From contig CAZMOT010000004.1 of NCBI GenBank assembly GCA_964568065.1, forward strand, positions 1-54,895: DNA of 54,895 bases, in the 5' to 3' direction. This DNA is from an uncultured Anaerolineales bacterium (GTDB taxonomy: Bacteria; Chloroflexota; Anaerolineae; B4-G1). A program made the position numbers and the translations under genes. Below the pieces are notes generated by a model. That model made no database searches. It saw only the letters and a list, made by a program, of their open reading frames with translations, and was not told the origin of the DNA. This document shows positions 54,395 to 54,895 of this stretch, in pieces (the stretch's first letter is position 1; the number at the start of each line of letters is the position of its first letter).

Positions 54395-54895
54395 ATGTCA
54401 GCAGCAAAAAAGTCAACCGATGTTCCGATCTATCAGATCAAGGTCACCCTGGATGATAGCAAGCCCCCCATCTGGCGGCGCATCCTGGTGCTGGGCGATG
54501 TCACCCTGGAGAAACTGCACTACATTATCCAGGTGGCAATGGGCTGGACCAACTCCCATCTCCATCAGTTCATCGTGGGGCAAACGTACTACGGCGAGCC
54601 CCACCCGGACTATGGCTTTGAGATGCACGACGAGCGAGATGTGAAGCTGAACCAGATCGCACCCGGCGAGGGGTTCAAGTTCCGCTACGAGTACGACTTT
54701 GGCGATAGCTGGCTGCACAACCTCCTGGTGGAGAAGATATTACCGCCGGAGCCGGGCCAACAGTACCCGGTGTGCATCAAGGGCAAGCGCGCCTGCCCGC
54801 CGGAGGACGTAGGCGGCATCTGGGGCTACTACGGCTTCCTGGAGGCTATCCAGAACCCCGATCACCCCGAACATGGGATGTATCTGGAATGGATC
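54395..54895 (+). CDS. Plasmid pRiA4b ORF-3-family protein (runs off the window)
   Basis: YQIKVTL...PPIWRRI, LH..IQVAMGWTNSHLHQF, YEYDFGDSW.H, G.RACPPEDVGG; AAGGAG RBS. Confidence 0.9.
   Translation, partial: MSAAKKSTDVPIYQIKVTLDDSKPPIWRRILVLGDVTLEKLHYIIQVAMGWTNSHLHQFIVGQTYYGEPHPDYGFEMHDERDVKLNQIAPGEGFKFRYEYDFGDSWLHNLLVEKILPPEPGQQYPVCIKGKRACPPEDVGGIWGYYGFLEAIQNPDHPEHGMYLEWI

Overview
GC-rich bacterial window; the gene families and the C-terminal YLPLxxR motifs suggest Chloroflexota, probably Anaerolineae (inferred). Left to right: an OmpR/BaeS-type two-component pair with DUF4405 and secreted-protein neighbours; an ECF sigma/anti-sigma pair; a DUF11 secreted protein; a decayed response regulator; a frameshifted IS1595 with intact inverted repeats; a PQQ-propeller lipoprotein plus TPR-lytic transglycosylase pair; a CTAG-bounded MITE; an ArsR-controlled operon (ArsP-type permease, four small thioredoxin-fold proteins, a hidden ORF, a hypothetical protein and a ferredoxin); a receiver/hybrid kinase/class III cyclase cluster; an IS4-type MITE; a HAD gene whose 3' end is duplicated around a vapBC-type module; a large CSLREA beta-helix surface protein; a Ni/Co ECF uptake operon with CooT; a GT-C glycosyltransferase, DUF402 and a WYL regulator/GyrI pair; ETF and acyl-CoA dehydrogenase genes; an SDR; a truncated Ser/Thr kinase; a B12-binding protein with an opine dehydrogenase; a second ETF pair; tRNA-Thr and tRNA-Tyr; and the start of a probable island (excisionase remnant, hsdM, pRiA4b ORF-3). 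The best lead is an ORF the track misses (13627-13326, minus). It reads C-R-G-UGA-UGA followed by a SECIS-like hairpin, so it is a candidate tandem-selenocysteine protein inside the ArsR/permease/thioredoxin operon, although it needs a one-base frame correction downstream. The second lead is a set of short palindromic repeats sitting in-frame inside six protein genes. All family assignments come from motif recognition by eye, not database searches.
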